From positions 28,534-92,533 of IMG/VR virus record IMGVR_UViG_3300020048_000072: a DNA stretch of 64,000 bases. One strand, given 5' to 3'. The notes under the pieces were generated by a model that was given only the letters and a program-made list of their open reading frames with translations, was not told the origin of the DNA and ran no database searches. Shown piece after piece: positions 60,001 through 64,000 of this stretch. The stretch's first letter is position 1. The number at the start of each line of letters is the position of its first letter. Both the position numbers and the translations under genes were made by a program. The DNA is from a virus.

Positions 60001-60311
60001 ATAAAAGTTTTACCACAACCTCTAGATCCAACTAGCATCGGGAATTTATGCGTCCACATTTGTTGCAAGATAACAACTTGAAAAGGAGCAAGGTTAATAT
60101 TGAGTAGGACTTTTGCGGCGAGTCCTAAATATTCTGGCCTGGTGAGTAGCCAAGAGTAATATAATTCTGGTCTATGAGAACAAACATCTGGAATAACTTC
60201 CATAGGGTTATATAATGTTTTCTCGTTGATGATGACGTTGAGCCAAGCATCTTGTAAGATTTGATGAACATTATATCCATCGATTTTATCCGATTTTGTT
60301 TTCTTTCTCAT
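57072..60311 (-). CDS. terL: Terminase large subunit containing an intein
   Basis: Walker A GSRGCGKT, IRGER, Walker B ILADEF; nuclease motifs IGIDPAS and KDRYSAL. Confidence 0.93.
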   Translation of the reverse strand: MRKKTKSDKIDGYNVHQILQDAWLNVIINEKTLYNPMEVIPDVCSHRPELYYSWLLTRPEYLGLAAKVLLNINLAPFQVVILQQMWTHKFPMLVGSRGCGKTFILAVYALLRALLIPNRKVVIVGSVFRQSKLVFNYIKTIYDNSPVLRSIIKDEPHFSNDRCHLTLGTSKVTALPIGSGDKIRGERSSEILADEFACLSRNSLLQTDLGIVKIEDYLDGEAYSLLNKDNEFEYPDTIFRTPKVDVYRITTQYGFTIDCSEIHQVMTYKGWRKTLELKTSDYIKLGFNDYFPKEEYKDKNGNILDKDLAWLIGILVSEGTVTNRNFISIKNTDRSLIDLIKNKYNFEWNESFKPAHTNDRGWNCKDSWDIQYSNTKYRTMLRDMGVDYVKSIEKQVPHSILRSTKECVLSFLSGLYEGDGTAFYCQAKRSTGTVKEFQVVYYTSSKELLKQVQLLLLKFGILSGTNDRGVMKNSKNESFRLVTRGSNAVKLFNLLNVQKWKDIKNPDEITATRDRSPIINKSNNGKRFVVSTNQCDKNKYLGTFDTEEECIAAFNIFWENNTEYLKIKSIEKLPEKEVLYDFHMPKTHSFIANGFVQHNSQSKEIFETVIAGFGAVSADPMSQVKLKASQVFANQLGIELEEDIDEYDGIGNQIILSGTAYYHFNHFAQYWEKWKQIIHSRGEKKKLQTIFGDQEIDDSFNWKDYCVVRLPANLLPPGFMDASQLARSKATLPSDTYQLEFDAIFSKDSNGFFKASLLEKCTANEENDITHPSGRVVFEARVKGEKGREYIIGIDPASEQDRFAIVVIELHQDHRRIVHVWTTNSEEFKAKRKAGIIEENDFYGYTARKIRDLMILFPCVHLAIDSQGGGKAVYEALHDTTKLKEGEHPLWEVIEEDKNKDSDGEEGLHIVEMVNFASAEYTSFANHSMKKDFEDKILLFPRFNPAVSAVAAAMNKINMRQDSGESINGVRLYDSYEDAIEEIEELKKELSQIVITRTAMGRERWDTPDIKISGTEKGKMRKDRYSALVMANAAARKMSGPNYIPKYDVMGLMNKQEAGHGKDFIGPAWITNQLNDLYS
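58515..59720 (-). mobile_element. Intein (402 aa) with LAGLIDADG homing endonuclease and AP2-like domain
   Basis: DEFA|CLSRNS...FVQHN|SQS splice junctions; CSEIHQV block B; LIGILVSEG and FLSGLYEGDG; YDFHM block F. Confidence 0.93.
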
Positions 60312-60750
60312 ATGACTCCAATAGAAAATTGTAAGCTTGTTGTTCTGCTTGTTCTTTAGAAGGACAAAATATAATATCTATATCGTAGGTGTCCTTGATT
60401 GAATAGAGGCGTTTTTTGAGGAATCCAGCAGACATTCTTATTTGTGACCATTTGTTTTCTGGGATTGAAGATTTCTTCGGGAAGACATCTAAATCATATT
60501 CGTCAAATTCCATTATTATTATTTTGTGGTTGAATAGACACATTCTCAATAGTTCATTAGAGAACTGTTTCCACTTAAAACCCAAGTTAATAGCTATCTC
60601 GCCAGTATTTCTCTTTCTTTCAATACACGTTTTTGTTTCTAGGCCACATAAAGAATAATCTCCGGTCTTTAATCCTTTAACTTTGGTTTCAGCATTATAG
60701 AAGGAAAAATCCCAAGGGTACTTTTCTCTTGTGTCTTGGATGATTATCAT
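60286..60750 (-). CDS. ERCC4/XPF-family nuclease
   Basis: IIQDTRE, LKTGDYS, IERKR. Confidence 0.85.
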   Translation of the reverse strand: MIIIQDTREKYPWDFSFYNAETKVKGLKTGDYSLCGLETKTCIERKRNTGEIAINLGFKWKQFSNELLRMCLFNHKIIIMEFDEYDLDVFPKKSSIPENKWSQIRMSAGFLKKRLYSIKDTYDIDIIFCPSKEQAEQQAYNFLLESYEKENKIG

Positions 60751-61028
60751 TTCTTCTTTTTACTCTGAACTATCTCACTTAATAAAGGAGCAAATCTATG
60801 TTCGTGGCCTGTAACCATTTTGTGGCATTTGTTTTTACACAGGAGAATTAGATTGTCTATATCCTCTCTACATAGAATAGAATCTGAATAACGTAGGATA
60901 TGGTGGACTTCTAGATTGCGACCTTTATATCCGCACAACTGACAAGTGTTTTTATCTCGTCTCTTTACCTTATCTTTGATCTTCTTGTAGTCATCAGATA
61001 CTGGCCTCATTCCCTTTCTTTTCTTCAT
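60747..61028 (-). CDS. HNH endonuclease
   Basis: RDKNTCQLCG...LEVHHI...NLILLC..CH. Confidence 0.9.
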   Translation of the reverse strand: MKKRKGMRPVSDDYKKIKDKVKRRDKNTCQLCGYKGRNLEVHHILRYSDSILCREDIDNLILLCKNKCHKMVTGHEHRFAPLLSEIVQSKKKK

Positions 61029-61052
61029 AGCAAATCTCCAAAAAGGAAAATA

Positions 61053-61868
61053 TTATTTAACTGTGGATGAATTTAAAATTGGAATATCCACGACACCGTC
61101 TGCATAAACGTGAAAATCAGAAAGCCTTTTATATTCTACTTCTGTGGCGATCCTATGCTTTTCCATCTCTATACCTAGCTGGCGTCTTAGACCAGAATCC
61201 TTGATAAGATCCTTGACCCAATCCACGAATGTTTCTTTTGAACTTTCAATAGATTTTAATCGTTGATCTCTTGTAGCCTTAAGAGCAGAATATATTTGTG
61301 TTTTAGCTTTGTGTATTTCGTTATATTCTTTTTGTGTTTGGCCCAGAGATCTATAGAGAGATTCTATCTGTATGGTATAGTGTTTGAGGAGTTCCAGATC
61401 GTTATCTTTCTTAAGTCTTTCTTTCTGGATACAAGAGTTTATTTCAGAGATAGCTTGATTCATATCGGCTTCTTGATTTAAGAGCCTATTCATCAATATC
61501 TCAAACTTTATCATATCGACTATCTGCATTTCTTCTGTATGCATGATATCATCGTTGAATTGCTTTGCTGTATTTAGCCAGTGATATTCAAAAACCTCTA
61601 GTTCTTTCTCAGAAAATTGTCTAACTAAGTCATCGTAGTACACGGATTTTGACAACTTAACCAGGCCACTATCTTTAGTATTACTACGAGAAGAATAATA
61701 TTTTAGTAGACCATTATCCTTCATGTACTTTTTTACAGCATCTTTGTTGCGGCCTAAATTGACAGCTATTTCTTCTGGTGGAATCTGACCAGCATTATCC
61801 ACTATGTATTTCTTGTCGTCTGCGGACCAAGGGCCACGTTTGAAAGTTTCACTCATCGTTGTTTCCAA
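61053..61868 (-). CDS. DNA-binding protein (Myb/HTH-like N terminus, coiled coil); candidate terminase small subunit
   Basis: KRGPWSADDKKYI...EIAVNLGRN; located upstream of terL. Confidence 0.45.
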   Translation of the reverse strand: METTMSETFKRGPWSADDKKYIVDNAGQIPPEEIAVNLGRNKDAVKKYMKDNGLLKYYSSRSNTKDSGLVKLSKSVYYDDLVRQFSEKELEVFEYHWLNTAKQFNDDIMHTEEMQIVDMIKFEILMNRLLNQEADMNQAISEINSCIQKERLKKDNDLELLKHYTIQIESLYRSLGQTQKEYNEIHKAKTQIYSALKATRDQRLKSIESSKETFVDWVKDLIKDSGLRRQLGIEMEKHRIATEVEYKRLSDFHVYADGVVDIPILNSSTVK

Positions 61869-62334
61869 GATATGAAGAGGGAAATAGAATATTCTTTATC
61901 ATTTCTCGAATCTTCTTTTTGCGGGTTGGAGGTATCTGGACCCCATTGATCAACATAAGATAATCTTCTCTGTATTCTGCCGGAAGATTAAGATCAATTT
62001 TCCTTTTTATTTCATCGCAATCTAGGTTGTCTTCTACGCCGTCTTCTAGAAGAAAAGAATTATTTTGTTGCGAGACGGTATCTATTGGGAGAGCATAGAT
62101 TACTGATGCGTGGCGGGCATTTGCTTTATCTCTTTTTAGGTTTTTTAGACGATTAGATAGGTGACAAAGAAGAAAGTGTTCTAGTGGAATTGAGCCATTG
62201 TATCTTGGTATGGCATTGAGACACATAATAAAGGCTTCTTGTTCTATGTCTTCCCTATCATAGTTTATGAACGCATACTTTGCTGACATCTTCTTTGATA
62301 CTTTTTGAATTATGCTTAATGTTTCCTGATCCAT
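61849..62334 (-). CDS. Phage sigma factor-like protein (sigma70 region 2, reduced C terminus)
   Basis: DREDIEQEAFIMCLNAIPRYN...LEHFL..HLSNRLKNLKR. Confidence 0.75.
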   Translation of the reverse strand: MDQETLSIIQKVSKKMSAKYAFINYDREDIEQEAFIMCLNAIPRYNGSIPLEHFLLCHLSNRLKNLKRDKANARHASVIYALPIDTVSQQNNSFLLEDGVEDNLDCDEIKRKIDLNLPAEYREDYLMLINGVQIPPTRKKKIREMIKNILFPSSYLGNNDE

Positions 62335-62443
62335 GCTGCTCCAAGATTGATGCCATTGATTTGTCTTCTTGAAGAAGTTCTTTGTTGATTTCTTCTTGTA
62401 GTTCTAAAGATGCAATGGTTTTGATTTCTGAATTTATGAACAT
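62258..62443 (-). CDS. Small hypothetical protein
   Basis: AGGA ribosome-binding site and upstream GTGTA motif; overlaps the sigma-like gene by 77 nt. Confidence 0.45.
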   Translation of the reverse strand: MFINSEIKTIASLELQEEINKELLQEDKSMASILEQHGSGNIKHNSKSIKEDVSKVCVHKL

Positions 62444-62485
62444 ATTTTTATCCTATTTATAATATAGAGTTTTGGTGCCTATGAG

Positions 62486-62497
62486 TATATTACACGA
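62486..62497 (-). promoter_or_regulatory. Candidate late promoter (GTGTA + AT-rich)
   Basis: CGTGTAATATA upstream of the first late-region gene; same motif in six other gene-upstream regions. Confidence 0.5.
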
Positions 62498-62699
62498 CTT
62501 TGTCTTGAACAAAAATTAGATTGTTGCTTTTAGGGGCTAGAGGTTTCGAGTGGTGTGATATGTATTGTTATTTTGGGCTTTACTTATTGGGGGACGCCTG
62601 CCAAAATCGGTGGGATTTATATCTTGTTTGTTTTGGGTTTACTTATTGGTAGGGTTGGGGGGAATTGGTGATAGACGCCCCCGCGCAGCGGGCGACCCC

Positions 62700-62719
62700 C
62701 ACCCCCCGTTCGGGGGGTG
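62700..62719. other. GC-rich perfect inverted repeat
   Basis: CACCCCCCG-TT-CGGGGGGTG. Confidence 0.85.
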
Positions 62720-62730
62720 ATAGAACCCCC

Positions 62731-62847
62731 CTGCCATTCTGGCAGGTCATTTTGGCAGCTGCCGTTTTGGCAGCCGCCATTTTGACAGTGTCAATTTGGC
62801 ATGTCAAACTGACAGCCTGCCGTTTTGGCAGACTGCCAGAATGACAG
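62731..62847. repeat. Array of 8 imperfect palindromes, consensus TGYCR-N3-TGRCA
   Basis: ctgccattctggcag, ggtcattttggcag, ctgccgttttggcag, ccgccattttgacag, tgtcaatttggca, tgtcaaactgaca, ctgccgttttggcag, ctgccagaatgacag. Confidence 0.88.
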
Positions 62848-62854
62848 CCGGCGA

Positions 62855-63268
62855 TTATTCGCCAGCGTCGTCGTCGCCAGCGTCGTCGTCGCCAGCGTCG
62901 TCGTCGTCGAACATGCTAAGCATGTCAAACGGCTTCGCCCCACGCCCTTGCGATTCCTTCACGCCACCAAACAACGGGATCAGCTTGTCAATCGCCGCCG
63001 CGAATTCATCCATCTTCGCACGATGATCGTCCGACAGTTTTGACGTTCGACTATCGCGAACGGGCTTGCAACCCGGTCCCAAAGTGCTGCTCCAGCCTGT
63101 TGCCGAAGCAAACCTGAAAACTTCCTTCCAATCCTTCAGAGTCTTCACTACTGACTTGTCTTGCGTCGTTTGCAGTTTGAACGTCTCGATCAATTCGTCT
63201 CGCGTCCAAACCTTACCGCGCAAAACCGCTTCGCGTGCTGCCTTCGTCGCATAACCCTTAACTGACAT
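62855..63268 (-). CDS. Small hypothetical protein with acidic (DDDAG)3 tail
   Basis: GGAG ribosome-binding site; 15-bp repeat gccagcgtcgtcgtc x3 at the C terminus. Confidence 0.7.
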   Translation of the reverse strand: MSVKGYATKAAREAVLRGKVWTRDELIETFKLQTTQDKSVVKTLKDWKEVFRFASATGWSSTLGPGCKPVRDSRTSKLSDDHRAKMDEFAAAIDKLIPLFGGVKESQGRGAKPFDMLSMFDDDDAGDDDAGDDDAGE

Positions 63269-63316
63269 AATTCAAACTCCAAAACATTGAACCAAAAAAA
63301 ATTAAAAAATTGTCAC

Positions 63317-63336
63317 CGTCAAGCCTACGCTTGACG
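63317..63336. promoter_or_regulatory. 8-bp inverted repeat (operator or hairpin) upstream of the 62855-63268 gene
   Basis: CGTCAAGC-CTAC-GCTTGACG. Confidence 0.5.
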
Positions 63337-63906
63337 CAAATTCTACCTTCGAACTAGGTCAAAGGCAGTTCAAGCGGTTCATTAACTTCCCGCAACCTTG
63401 CCAACCTTTCAACCCTTGCAATCCTATCTGATCGCTCTTCAGGGGTCAAATGGTCAATCCTTTTTTCCCGCAAGCCCTTTTTGTAGGCAAGAAGGATCTT
63501 CTGCACTTCCATAGTTCACCAATTTGAGAAACAACAGTTTGACCGACTGTGGAATTCTACCTTCCACAATCGGCACTTGCAAGGGGGTTTGAACAATCTT
63601 TTTTTGATTGTCTCATCCCCTCGCCGCTTGAATCATATACGGCACGACATTTGCAATACACTACCAAATTCAAAAAGACCAGCAAATTCGTTGATAGAAA
63701 TCTTTTGCAGAATGTTTTGGGACACTTAGTTTTTGCACAAAGACACTTTAAGAATCTTTTTTTCAAGAATTGTCAAGATTTTTTTTCATTATGCTTAATA
63801 AGGTTAAATCCTACACTAAAGACGAATAATAGGGTCACAATGGTAATCATCGCCCCATTGTCGGCATTGTAAAATCCTATGTCAAGAATTTGGCGAATAA
63901 TGCCGA

Positions 63907-64000
63907 AGGCGACCGCGACCGCTGGCAGGGTCTCAGTGCTGGCAGAGGCGACCGCGACCGCTGGCAGGGTCTCAGTGCTGGCAGAGGCGACCGCGACCGC
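63907..64000. repeat. 39-bp perfect tandem repeat (2.4 copies, cut by the window end)
   Basis: aggcgaccgcgaccgctggcagggtctcagtgctggcag at 63907, 63946 and 63985 (partial). Confidence 0.95.

Noticed and set aside
62731-62847. Mini-CRISPR array
   Set aside because: Units are 13-15 bp, degenerate and adjacent, with no spacers
63549-63872. ORFs 63549-63872 (+) and 63557-63766 (-)
   Set aside because: No convincing ribosome-binding site or motif; the region looks regulatory
63907-64000. CRISPR array
   Set aside because: The repeats are contiguous with no unique spacers, and no cas genes are visible
1-64000. Stop-codon reassignment
   Set aside because: Genes are intact and tightly packed under the standard code, and TAA, TAG and TGA all end genes at sensible boundaries

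Overview
This window is a 64-kb piece of a large, AT-rich, tailed dsDNA phage (siphovirus-like: very long tape measure protein, no sheath gene seen) using the standard genetic code. The + strand (1-15075) carries an SSB, a 13-gene sugar/glycan cluster (GT4 x3, GT2, CgeB-like GT, nucleotidyltransferase-like protein, two sugar O-methyltransferases, three SDR epimerase/reductases), a free-standing endonuclease and a putative annealing protein. The - strand (15062-62443) is one long late region: a truncated sigma factor, HNH and ERCC4 nucleases, intein-containing terminase, portal, protease/scaffold, decoration protein, major capsid, neck, tail tube, tape measure, tail-tip proteins, a second glycosylation cluster, fibre proteins and an unusual membrane/peptidase module. 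A GC-rich, repeat-dense region begins near 62670. The best candidate for a new system is a phage-encoded mucin-type O-glycosylation module: a glycosyltransferase with polypeptide GalNAc-transferase-like motifs (DCH, GLFA, FGGE, H-x-F...PY) sits directly downstream of a Cys/Thr-rich tail protein with 35 consecutive Thr, followed by a methyltransferase and two more glycosyltransferases. Other points of interest are a papain-like peptidase plus thioredoxin lipoprotein where the lysis genes would be expected, two frame-split genes, a GTGTA candidate late-promoter motif, an AP2-like domain in the intein, a zincin domain on the tape measure protein and an array of 8 palindromes. All calls come from motifs recognised by eye and gene order; no database search was run.
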